From: Nitrosopumilus sp.
Lineage (GTDB): Archaea; Thermoproteota; Nitrososphaeria; Nitrososphaerales; Nitrosopumilaceae
DNA length: 64,000 nucleotides
Assembly: GCA_965205425.1 (NCBI GenBank)
Contig: CBDBGZ010000009.1
Span: forward strand, 992,001 to 1,056,000
Direction: 5' to 3'
This document shows, in pieces, positions 42,278-51,426 of the stretch (position 1 is its first letter; the number at the start of each line of letters is the position of its first letter). Position numbers and translations under genes: made by a program. Below the pieces are notes generated by a model, which worked only from the letters and a program-made list of their open reading frames with translations, searched no databases and was not told the DNA's origin.

Positions 42278-43809
42278 TAGTCTAACAACAAATCTTTCTG
42301 TACTAACCCTTGCGTTGATTCTACAGCAATTTCTTTCATTTTATCTGCTTTTGCCCATGTATTAATCGCGCTTTGGTCTGCCCCCATTATTTTTTCTTTT
42401 ACTTCTTCTACATGAACCAGTGATGGAAGATTTGTCCACTGTCCAACAAGTACGGCATCCCCGACGTTTAATGATGTCAATTGAGCAATTAATTCACGAC
42501 TAGTGGACTCAGTTGCTGAGGCTATTTGTCGCTGATCATCCTCTTGAATTATCTTCATAATTGCAAATGAACCCATCTGACTTAGTACGTTAAGATCTAC
42601 ACTGCGTGGTCTTTGAGATACTATTCCTAAACCCAAGCCAAATTTTCTTCCTTCTCTAGCAATTTTTGCAGCCCAGTATTTTGCACTTGTATCGTGATCT
42701 TTTGGAATGAAGACATGTGCTTCTTCAATTATTACAAATATTGGTGAATTGAATTGATACTTTCTCTCTCTCTTACTTTTTCCATGTTTTGCAATACTTG
42801 CATCTTTTCTATCTTTGAGTAACTGTTGTAAATAAAATGCTAAAGCAACATTTGCTTGTTTTTCTGATAATTCTGAAATATTAAGAATATTTGCACGTCC
42901 TTCTTTTATGAAACTAATTGGATCACCCATATCCGGATCTAAAATATCTTCAAATCTTTTTTGTGATTCTTCAACTATGTCTTGAACTCTGTATGCTGAT
43001 GATCTAATTTCTTTGAGTTTATTATCATCAGAATCTATAATAGAATTAATTCCATTTTCTAATTTCTTCCAAAACTCTTTTGATTTTTTGACATGTTCTG
43101 TAAACGCTATTCTTAATACTCTTTGTTGAACAGTAGCGCTCTCTCTAATCTCTAATACGTCTGAGAGTTGGTCTGCATCTAACAACCTTGGATTGATCTT
43201 TGCATCAATCACATTAATTCGTGGAATATTTAGACTTGTGTAATCATTGTGATAATCAAAAATAATTACAGTTCCTTTTAATTTTGAAATTTGTTTTGTT
43301 ACTAGTGACACTAAATTACTTTTACCCATCCCTGTCATTGCTAGAATTCCTAAATGTCTTGAAACTATTTTATCTAAATTCACTTTAGCATCAATTGATT
43401 TATTTCGTAAAAGATTGCCGATGCTTACCCATCCTTCATTTTTAGGACTGAATATTTCTTCCAAGTCTTGTTTGTTTGGTAAGGTTATTTCTGTACCTGG
43501 AATTGGTGGAATTGCAGGTATAATTGACTGCCCTTTTCTTAAATTTTCTAAAAATCCTAAAATCCCAATATGTGACGTAAATGTTTTGTCTCTTTTGTTT
43601 AGTTCCGCAATTTCGGTACTTTCTGATGCTTCATCAAAATTTTTGACATCTGTAAATGCAGCACTTGAAACTGAAGATCTTTCAACTAATCCTAAAATCT
43701 CTCCTTCGTCTGAACCAATTTTGATATATTCTCCAACTGATAATGCTCTTGAAGTAATTGCTGTAACAAATGTAGGGTTTGATTCCCCTATCACAAATCC
43801 TAAGCTCAT
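42277..43809 (-). CDS. herA: HerA helicase/translocase
   Basis: RHLGILAMTGMGKSN, EEAH, REGRKFG, SQRP. Confidence 0.93.
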   Translation of the reverse strand: MSLGFVIGESNPTFVTAITSRALSVGEYIKIGSDEGEILGLVERSSVSSAAFTDVKNFDEASESTEIAELNKRDKTFTSHIGILGFLENLRKGQSIIPAIPPIPGTEITLPNKQDLEEIFSPKNEGWVSIGNLLRNKSIDAKVNLDKIVSRHLGILAMTGMGKSNLVSLVTKQISKLKGTVIIFDYHNDYTSLNIPRINVIDAKINPRLLDADQLSDVLEIRESATVQQRVLRIAFTEHVKKSKEFWKKLENGINSIIDSDDNKLKEIRSSAYRVQDIVEESQKRFEDILDPDMGDPISFIKEGRANILNISELSEKQANVALAFYLQQLLKDRKDASIAKHGKSKRERKYQFNSPIFVIIEEAHVFIPKDHDTSAKYWAAKIAREGRKFGLGLGIVSQRPRSVDLNVLSQMGSFAIMKIIQEDDQRQIASATESTSRELIAQLTSLNVGDAVLVGQWTNLPSLVHVEEVKEKIMGADQSAINTWAKADKMKEIAVESTQGLVQKDLLLD

Positions 43810-44642
43810 CCTAGAACCTCCCGTGAACCTATTTCATTACTTAGACCTAGCAAACTAACCATCTTTGCAAGCTCTTTATCAGATATTTTACAGTTATTAT
43901 GTGCAAGCTTTAGTGCATATGGATATCCACCCACACTGGTTTTGTATAATTTATTCATAATTGATTTAATCTCTGATTCATCATGTTGCTCCCCTAAAAA
44001 TTCCAATTTTATTATTGGAGTAGAATCACTTAGTCTTACAAATGTGGATGAGATTATTTTATCTGAACCATATTTTTTTTCTACAAAAATTTTACTAAAT
44101 CCTGGATTATTTGTTACATGATTATAATAAAAAATATCTCCAGCAAGAGAACCTAGATTTTCAAATTGTTTCTTTGTATTTGATGTCTTTGCGATGAAAA
44201 CAACATTATTTTTCTTTTTCATTATCCTTACAATTGATGATCCTAAATTTGCTTGTCTTGTCATTAACTGAGAATGTAAAGAACCATCCATTAACACCAT
44301 GTCTACGTCATCTACTGTTTTTTCACATGCTTCGATCTCCATTTTACTAGCTACACTTGAAATGTCATCTGCAGAACCTAAGCCTGATTTGTGTAAATCA
44401 ACAAGAATTTCTCCATTTGATTTGATTGAAACTGCAGTTGTTGCCCAAAGCTCAATTCCTTGAAATTTTGTATTGTTAAAACTAGAATCAATTCCTGCCG
44501 TAACTACTTCTTCTTTTGTAGGCATAAATTCAATCCAATTATCTCGTGCTTTTTGTAAAATCTGCTCAAATTTTGGCCCTTTTAGAATTGAGAGCATTTT
44601 ATCTCTGTTAATTATTGCATCTTTGTATACCGTATTGAGCAC
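43806..44642 (-). CDS. nurA: NurA nuclease
   Basis: GIDSS, LMDGS, GYPYALKLAH; in operon with herA-mre11-rad50. Confidence 0.9.
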   Translation of the reverse strand: MLNTVYKDAIINRDKMLSILKGPKFEQILQKARDNWIEFMPTKEEVVTAGIDSSFNNTKFQGIELWATTAVSIKSNGEILVDLHKSGLGSADDISSVASKMEIEACEKTVDDVDMVLMDGSLHSQLMTRQANLGSSIVRIMKKKNNVVFIAKTSNTKKQFENLGSLAGDIFYYNHVTNNPGFSKIFVEKKYGSDKIISSTFVRLSDSTPIIKLEFLGEQHDESEIKSIMNKLYKTSVGGYPYALKLAHNNCKISDKELAKMVSLLGLSNEIGSREVLG

Positions 44643-44715
44643 AACAATACTTTGTAGGTTTGAATAAAATCTTTAGGTTATACTGAACTTTGACAAAACT
44701 GATCCATAAAATCTT

Positions 44716-45702
44716 CTATCCTATTCGACCCTTTAGAATGATTTTTTCATTTGTATTTGATGGGGTAGATTTGTCAATATATCGAATTTCATACTCATCT
44801 CCAATGTGAATTGTTTTTCCATCTAATTGGCGTGGAATTTTAATTTGAACTTCAAATAAATTAGAATTAGGTCCTGTTTCTAGAAGATATGATGAATTCG
44901 CATCAAAGATTGGATGATTCAGAGTAGTTCTAATTCCACCATCTCCTCTGTATTCCAATTCACTAAGCGGAATTCTGTCTACATCTTTTGAATCTCTATT
45001 TGCATCAGGTTCATAAATTCTTACAGTAAAATCATGACCTATTCTAGAACCTCCTCCAGCTGTTTGAATTTTAGCAAATGTTTTGGTAAGTGGTACTGAC
45101 TTTACTAACACTCTTTCCTCTCCTGAATAATCTGATCTATCTAAATACTTTATCAGTATAATGTCATCTTGACTTAGTTGCCTTCCATCGATTGTATCGG
45201 GTAACTCTAATTTTATGTAAAATTGTCCTGTGTTAGGGCCTGTTTCAATCATGTTGTCAGGTCCTTTAATTGGAATTCCGTTGATTGTAAATTCAAATAA
45301 TCCTGCAGTTGGAATAACTTCTACACCACTATGTGCAATATTCAAGTCATGATCAGTAATGTAGAAATTCACAATTGACATAGTTGATGCTGGAACTGTT
45401 GCAATTTCTTTGTCCGTGGCTTGAAAAGACTTTCCAATATTGTTCAAATCTGTAAATTTTATTGGACTAAATAACATGCCTATTTTTTCCATTTTTTCTG
45501 CAGTTTCTGGTTTTACGCAAGCTGGATTACCATTTGTTCTAAGTACTAATTCTAATCCTTCTCTACATAGAATGTTTTCCGGAGATACCCCTTTGTTCAT
45601 TTGTTGTCTTGGAGATTCGATTTCTGCATTTACTGGAAGAATAAATGATAGAGTTAAAAAAAATATTATTCCAAAAAATACTTTATTTTGTAAAATCAAC
45701 AA
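44716..45702 (-). CDS. Secreted protein with thaumarchaeal CxxG...PACV module and two S-layer-like ETGPNxGxF domains
   Basis: Signal peptide; SPRQQM...CREGLELVLRTNGNPACVKP; ETGPNTGQF and ETGPNSNLF. Confidence 0.75.
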   Translation of the reverse strand: MLILQNKVFFGIIFFLTLSFILPVNAEIESPRQQMNKGVSPENILCREGLELVLRTNGNPACVKPETAEKMEKIGMLFSPIKFTDLNNIGKSFQATDKEIATVPASTMSIVNFYITDHDLNIAHSGVEVIPTAGLFEFTINGIPIKGPDNMIETGPNTGQFYIKLELPDTIDGRQLSQDDIILIKYLDRSDYSGEERVLVKSVPLTKTFAKIQTAGGGSRIGHDFTVRIYEPDANRDSKDVDRIPLSELEYRGDGGIRTTLNHPIFDANSSYLLETGPNSNLFEVQIKIPRQLDGKTIHIGDEYEIRYIDKSTPSNTNEKIILKGRIG

Positions 45703-45826
45703 TATTTTAAAATCTATTTTTATTTTAAATAGATTTAGTATGAATTCTATGTAACTTTGTGCTTGTTTTACTAATGATTTTTTGATTACAGACTAGAATT
45801 AATTAAGAGATAATTTCTATAATTGA

Positions 45827-46648
45827 TTGTTGAAACGAATAGGTTTGTTGGGGTGTGGTGCTATGGGTACTCAAATTGCACTTGCGATTGATTCTGGACA
45901 AATTCCTGCAACTTTGACACATATCTTTGATGGGTCAAAAGAAAAATCTTCGCTATTAGTTGAAAAACTCACTAACAAACCTGAAATTGTTGAAAATTCT
46001 CATTTATTGTCTTCTAATCCTATAGACATTGTTGTTGAAGCTGCATCTCAAGATGCAGTTAGGGATGTATCTTTGAGTGTTCTGCAAAATAAGAAAGATC
46101 TCATGATTATGAGTGTTGGAGCATTATTAGATGAATCAATTTATGATGTTTTATCTGATGCTTGTAAGGATTTTAAAAAAACAATCTATCTCCCTTCCGG
46201 TGCAATTGCAGGACTAGATGGTCTTAAATCAGTTAAGGATGAATTGGAATCCCTCTCTATTACAACTACCAAACATCCAAACTCGTTAAAGGGTGTAAAG
46301 TTTTTTGAAACATCTGAACTCAATCTAAATGAAATAAATTCATCATCTACAATTTTTAATGGAACCGCAAAAGAAGCAGTATCTCTATTCCCTGCGAACA
46401 TCAATGTTGCAGCTTTACTTTCTTTGTCTGGAATTGGTAGTGAAAAAACTAATGTAAAAATTATTGTTGATCCTGACACTGATAAGAACACTCATCATAT
46501 TGTAGCTGAAGGAAAATTTGGAAAGATGACTTTTACAATTGAAAATTACCCTGATACGAATAATCCTAAGACCAGCAGACTAGCAATTTTATCTGCCATT
46601 GAAACATTGAAAAAATATTGTTCAGATGATATTCAAATTGGTACGTAA
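45827..46648 (+). CDS. nadX: L-aspartate dehydrogenase
   Basis: GCGAMG, VEAAS, SGAIAGLD, FPANINVAA, NPKTS. Confidence 0.93.
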   Translation: MLKRIGLLGCGAMGTQIALAIDSGQIPATLTHIFDGSKEKSSLLVEKLTNKPEIVENSHLLSSNPIDIVVEAASQDAVRDVSLSVLQNKKDLMIMSVGALLDESIYDVLSDACKDFKKTIYLPSGAIAGLDGLKSVKDELESLSITTTKHPNSLKGVKFFETSELNLNEINSSSTIFNGTAKEAVSLFPANINVAALLSLSGIGSEKTNVKIIVDPDTDKNTHHIVAEGKFGKMTFTIENYPDTNNPKTSRLAILSAIETLKKYCSDDIQIGT

Positions 46649-46741
46649 TATGGCAATAATTGCCACATTTGCTAGTTTTTCAGAGAATTATAGACCATTT
46701 CCCATTCTTTAAATCCCCACCACTTCAATTTTCTATAGTTT

Positions 46742-47698
46742 ATGCTCGTACAACAAGCCTCAGAACTCAAAGAAGAGATTTTGAAACTCAAAAAAGAAAA
46801 AGATGTGGTAATTTTAGCGCACAATTATCAGATTCCTGATGTACAGGATGTGGCTGACTTTACTGGTGACTCTTTAGGCTTATCACGACAAGCCGCAACA
46901 GTTTCACAAAAAACAATTCTCTTTTGTGGTGTGAACTTTATGGCTGAAACCGCGGCAATTATTAGTCCTCAGAAAAAGGTACTTCTTCCAGATTTAGAAG
47001 CTGGATGTTCGTTATCTGATTCAATAACTGTAGATGAATTAAGAAACTGGAAAAAACAACATCCTAATGCAATTGCAGTTGGATATGTGAATACTACTGC
47101 TGAAATTAAAGCCGAACTTGATTATTGTTGTACTTCTTCCAATGCAGTCAATGTAGTAAAAGCAATTCCAGAAGAGAAGGAGATTTTGTTTCTACCTGAT
47201 ATGTTTCTGGGATCTTATGTTGCAAAAATGACTGGAAGAAAAAATATGCATATTTGGGCAGGTGAATGTCATGTCCATGCAGGAATTACTCCTGAAGATG
47301 TAACTAAAAAATTAGAATCTATGAAAGATGTTGAATTTGTAATTCATCCTGAATGTAGTTGCACAACTCCAATGATGTATGATGTTGCTGATGGAAGTTA
47401 TGCTAATCAAAAAGTTTCAATTCTTTCAACTGAAGGAATGTTAAACCATGTTAGTAAATCAAAAGCAAAGAATTTTGTTGTAGCAACTGAAACTGGGATC
47501 TTGTATAGAATGAGACAACAAAATCCTGAAAAGACATTCATTCCCGCATCTGAAAAAGCAGAATGTCAGTATATGAAAATGATTACTCTAGAAAAAGTCT
47601 ATGATGCATTGATAAATGAAAGAAATGTTGTAACAGTTCCTAAAGAAATTGCAGATAAAGCCCGTTTAGCAATTGATAGAATGCTTGCAATTAGCTAA
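46742..47698 (+). CDS. nadA: Quinolinate synthase
   Basis: LAHNYQ, FCGVNFMAETA, HPEC, CQYMK. Confidence 0.95.
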   Translation: MLVQQASELKEEILKLKKEKDVVILAHNYQIPDVQDVADFTGDSLGLSRQAATVSQKTILFCGVNFMAETAAIISPQKKVLLPDLEAGCSLSDSITVDELRNWKKQHPNAIAVGYVNTTAEIKAELDYCCTSSNAVNVVKAIPEEKEILFLPDMFLGSYVAKMTGRKNMHIWAGECHVHAGITPEDVTKKLESMKDVEFVIHPECSCTTPMMYDVADGSYANQKVSILSTEGMLNHVSKSKAKNFVVATETGILYRMRQQNPEKTFIPASEKAECQYMKMITLEKVYDALINERNVVTVPKEIADKARLAIDRMLAIS

Positions 47699-47709
47699 TC
47701 TATTTTATT

Positions 47710-48099
47710 ATGACTGGATTATTTTCTAGAGCTCCAAAAGACCCTCAAATGAAAAAGAATGCTCAAAAATTAAAAGAAATAAAAAAATTAGTTAAAGAAA
47801 AAAAATATGCAGAAGCTCTAAAATTAGGCACAGAATACCTGCAAAAAGTACCTAACAATCACGATGTCTTGTTTACTGTGGGTGGAATCTATTATTTGAA
47901 AAATAAACACAAAACTGCAATTTCATATTTTGATAAGGCACTTGAAATTGGAACTTATGATGTTGATGTTTTATTGTTAAAGGCATACTCTCATCAAAAA
48001 TTGGGAGAACCTAAACGAGTGATTCAATGCTGTGACAAAATTAAAGAAATAGATCCAAAAAACAAAGCAGTATCTAACTTGTTAGCAGAATTAAATTAA
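47710..48099 (+). CDS. TPR-repeat protein
   Basis: AISYFDKALEI and IKEIDPKN TPR patterns. Confidence 0.8.
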   Translation: MTGLFSRAPKDPQMKKNAQKLKEIKKLVKEKKYAEALKLGTEYLQKVPNNHDVLFTVGGIYYLKNKHKTAISYFDKALEIGTYDVDVLLLKAYSHQKLGEPKRVIQCCDKIKEIDPKNKAVSNLLAELN

Positions 48100-48911
48100 A
48101 TTTCTAAACTCATATCGATTCCTTTGACAGAATTTGTAATACTACCAACTGAAATAATGTCTACTCCTGTCTGACCGTACTTTGAGATATTTTTAGAATT
48201 GATTCCCCCTGATGCCTCAAGCATTACTTTATTTCGCAATTTTTGATTTTTAAGAACTTGAATTGTTTTTTTAATTTGTACAGGAGAGAAATTATCTAAC
48301 ATAATTATTGTAGCACCTTCTTTTGCTGCCAGCACTGCATCTGAAGTATTTTCAACTTCGACTTCAAATTTTTTGTATTTTTTCTTTGTTTTCTTGATTA
48401 ATGATAATAAAGACCCCTCAATTGCAATGTGATTGTCTTTAATCATTATCATCTCATCTAATGTGAGTCTGTGTTTTTTACCCCCTCCGATCTCTACTGC
48501 TTCTTTGTCAAAATATCTTAGTCCTGATGCTGTTTTTCTTGTAGCATACAATTTCGTTTTTTTTGGAATTTTTTTTACAAGTGCATTTGTCTGAGTAGCT
48601 ATGCCACTCATTCTTGTTAATAGATTTAAGGCCGTTCTTTCACATGTCAAAATACTTCCTGCATTTCCAGTGATTACCATTATTGTCTGATTTGGCTTTA
48701 TTTTTGAGCCATCTTTTTTTAAAATTCGTGTATTGCATCCTTTAATTCTAAAAATCTCTTTTGCATATGATGTTCCTGCAACAATTGCATTTTCTCTAGA
48801 AATAATTTTTACTGAAATTTTTTTCTTTGGTAGTAAATTACTTGTAATGTCTCCCTTTCCAATATCTTCAGCAAGAAATTGTGATAATTGTTTTTTAGAA
48901 TTGAATGTCAA
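48096..48911 (-). CDS. nadC: Quinolinate phosphoribosyltransferase
   Basis: ERTALN, TRKT, IKDNH, MLDNF, EASGGI. Confidence 0.95.
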   Translation of the reverse strand: MTFNSKKQLSQFLAEDIGKGDITSNLLPKKKISVKIISRENAIVAGTSYAKEIFRIKGCNTRILKKDGSKIKPNQTIMVITGNAGSILTCERTALNLLTRMSGIATQTNALVKKIPKKTKLYATRKTASGLRYFDKEAVEIGGGKKHRLTLDEMIMIKDNHIAIEGSLLSLIKKTKKKYKKFEVEVENTSDAVLAAKEGATIIMLDNFSPVQIKKTIQVLKNQKLRNKVMLEASGGINSKNISKYGQTGVDIISVGSITNSVKGIDMSLEI

Positions 48912-48946
48912 TATAATGATAAAATGTTAATGTGATTTTAAAGATT

Positions 48947-49135
48947 TTATGTTACTTTGATTGCGTACTTTCCTTTTGTAGTGATGCCTAAAGTTTTTGA
49001 AATTTCTGAACTTGTTGGATCAACTACTAGTACAACTCCAGTCCAATCTGGTGTTAAATCTGATGATTTACAATTTGGACATACTTTTAGAGTTGTTACA
49101 TGTTTACATTTGCGACATGCCATTTCTCGTGCCAT
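48947..49135 (-). CDS. spt4: Transcription elongation factor Spt4 (RpoE'')
   Basis: ACRKC...CPNC, WTGVVLVVDP, GKYAIKV. Confidence 0.93.
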   Translation of the reverse strand: MAREMACRKCKHVTTLKVCPNCKSSDLTPDWTGVVLVVDPTSSEISKTLGITTKGKYAIKVT

Positions 49136-49136
49136 T

Positions 49137-49733
49137 CTAACTTGCCTCTACTTTTTCTTCCTTTGCTGGCTCTTCTTTGCCACCGCTGGCTTTCTTAATT
49201 TCTTCTGTAATCCATTCATCTGCACCAAGGAATGGTTGTCTACATGTAATTCCAATCTTACCCATAGCAGCTGCTTTTCCTAATGATACGGCAGTAATTC
49301 TTGCACGAAGTGTAGAACCAACTTTTAGTGTTCTTCCACTTTGATTTGCTAATATCATTCCAGATTTAACATCACTCTTTAGATAATCATCCATCACTTG
49401 TGATAAGTGAAGTAAAGCATCAGTTGGACCAATTCTTACAAATGCTCCAAAGTCTGTAATATCTACAATTTCACCTTGAACGATTTCTTGTAATTTAGGA
49501 TAAAATGTCAATGCTTCAAATTCGACTTTATGAAATGTTCCACCGTCTCCGGCAATCATTTTTCCCATTTCATCAACTTTAGCGTCTAAAATCATAATGA
49601 TGTATCCTAAATCTGCATTAATCATACTCTCGTACTTTTCTTTGAGAATGTTTACTGCAGCCTTTTTGAGTGTAGTTCCAAATAAGCTTGGAGGAATCCT
49701 AACAACATCAACTAGGGTAGATATAGAAAACAA
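49137..49733 (-). CDS. rpoE1: RNA polymerase subunit Rpo7 (E')
   Basis: VRIPP, FGAFVRIGPTDALLH, S1 domain. Confidence 0.95.
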   Translation of the reverse strand: MFSISTLVDVVRIPPSLFGTTLKKAAVNILKEKYESMINADLGYIIMILDAKVDEMGKMIAGDGGTFHKVEFEALTFYPKLQEIVQGEIVDITDFGAFVRIGPTDALLHLSQVMDDYLKSDVKSGMILANQSGRTLKVGSTLRARITAVSLGKAAAMGKIGITCRQPFLGADEWITEEIKKASGGKEEPAKEEKVEAS

Positions 49734-49871
49734 ATGTACAGTTTTTCTCGAATTTCAATTTATGAATGTTTAGGTGATTTTAGGCTTGAAAATCCAAAGT
49801 TTTTTCTTATTTTTGAAATTAAATTCAATGAAAGATAAGATTTTGTTTGTAATTACGCAAGAGGTCTATTT

Positions 49872-49910
49872 AACTGATCCAACTGATCCAACTGATCCAA
49901 CTGATCCAAC
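49872..49910. repeat. Non-coding 9-bp tandem repeat (AACTGATCC)4+AAC at the left edge of the island
   Basis: Read directly from the sequence. Confidence 0.95.
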
Positions 49911-50183
49911 ATTATGCCTGAAATTATAAACTCTTTAAACCATTTACGTACAAATTACCAAAATCACGACTAAATTCACTCTTAACTACACATCTAACTG
50001 CATCAAAATCACATCTATTTCATTATTCGTTGGAATTTCATCATTTTACAAATTACTCTAGGCATAAATTAAAAATAATTTACAAATCTAGGCACAACGA
50101 ATAACTCATTTCTAGTCACGATTCGCAATATACCATATCTAAAGAATCCAACGAACAAATAACAGAAAACATGAAACTACGTT

Positions 50184-50266
50184 GTACCTATATCCAAGTG
50201 GTCAAAGGAGACAGTTTACCAAACAGTTACTCCAGTGTTTCGTGGGTTCGAATCCCACCAGGTACA
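50184..50266 (+). tRNA. Non-canonical class II (long variable arm) tRNA or tRNA pseudogene, anticodon ACC
   Basis: Acceptor GTACCTA/CAGGTAC+A73; D arm TCC-AAGTGGTCAAA-GGA; anticodon arm ACAGT-TT ACC AA-ACAGT (one mismatch); 14-nt variable region; perfect T arm GTGGG-TTCGAAT-CCCAC. Confidence 0.75.
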
Positions 50267-50269
50267 CCT

Positions 50270-51295
50270 GGGTGTGTCCTAAAACTATCCTCTAACATGT
50301 TTTGTAACCCCCATCAAATTAACAACTCGTATGTTGTAACAAATTACACGCAACGCCAACTCTTTTCTTTGAACCAACTTGTTTTTTGATGACAAGCTAT
50401 TTCCAAAGATTCTTTTGAGTACTGCAAATACTGATTCAACAAGTGACCTCTTGTGATAATGTCTGTCAAATTCATCTTGATTGTCCTGGAATAATGTTAT
50501 CATTTTTTTCCATGATGCAGAGCCTTTGGGATTTCTAACTGTGTTCTTCTTTGGTTTGATGTATGGTATCTTTTGCAGAGTAGCTACCATATTGCAAATG
50601 TCTCGTGACAAATATGCAGGATCTGCACAAAAATCACCAATTCCCTTTGGAATGTCTTTGATTAGTTTTTTGAGAATTGGTGCATCACCACGAGTTCCTT
50701 TAGTAATGTCAAAAGATACTATTGCCATGGACTGTATTGCAATTAGGATGTGCAGTTTTAGATATAATTTCTTGGATTTGTGCGTGTTTGTCTTGATGTC
50801 AAACCAAGCCTCACATCTTTTGGTACCAAATCCTGAACTGTCAGGAGCTATGTCTTTTTTTTGATTGGTTCTGTGAGTTTTGCGTTTACCTTTTTCAAAT
50901 AAGGCATTGGAATTCTTTTTAGACTGTCATTAATGACAGTCTTGCTTGGTGCTTTTTTGAGCTCCATTATTTCCAACAGATCCGGCCTTGATCTCAAGTG
51001 GGACTCCATGGAACGATAATCCAATCCAAACTTTACCTTTAGCATTGCACACATTATCTTTGCTTTTGTTGGAAATGCAGGACGTCCGCCTGTCTTTGGT
51101 TCCCATGGTGTATCCATACTCCAAACTGTCTTCTTTACTTTTTCCAAGAATAGAATCTCCTCATCCTTGCGATATGTGCCATATACTTGCCAGTCTCTTT
51201 TTGATTTGTTTTGCATAGTTGTTGTGATTCCATGCGATCAATATGTTACAGAATTGAATAAAATTGTTATATTTGTCTACTTTTAGGACACACCC
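50270..51295 (-). mobile_element. IS5-like (DDE) insertion sequence inserted at the tRNA 3' end
   Basis: Perfect 15-bp TIR GGGTGTGTCCTAAAA; 9-bp TSD GGTACACCT at 50261-50269 and 51296-51304. Confidence 0.93.
50285..51216 (-). CDS. Transposase in two frames joined by a probable programmed -1 frameshift
   Basis: orfA 50848-51216 ends in an A8G run (50854-50862); the -1 frame reads KKDIAPDSSGFG into ADPAY and YHKRSLVES. Confidence 0.8.
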
Positions 51296-51363
51296 GGTAC
51301 ACCTAAAAGAATTAAATATTATTCAAATAGAGTGAAATTGGTAAACTGTTACACTATGTAACT

Positions 51364-51400
51364 TTGATGAGGATCAATCAAATGGTTCTCATCATTTTTT
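51364..51400 (+). terminator. Hairpin followed by T-run (possible terminator of the tRNA-like transcript before IS insertion)
   Basis: TGATGAG...CTCATCA followed by TTTTTT. Confidence 0.4.
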
Positions 51401-51426
51401 ATTTCCAACTAAATACGTCATACATC

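Noticed and set aside
39069..44642. nurA-herA as an antiviral defence system
   Set aside because: It is the standard archaeal nurA-herA-mre11-rad50 double-strand-break repair operon.
49872..49910. Possible CRISPR array
   Set aside because: Units are 9 bp and contiguous with no spacers; I saw no repeat-spacer array or cas gene in the window.
50171..50389. 72-aa ORF
   Set aside because: Reads through the tRNA-like gene and the antisense strand of the IS; no coding signature.
51320..51400. Possible second tRNA with CTA (amber) anticodon
   Set aside because: Has a D-loop-like GTGAAATTGGTAAAC and a hairpin around CTA, but no U33, no TTCRA T loop and no acceptor stem.
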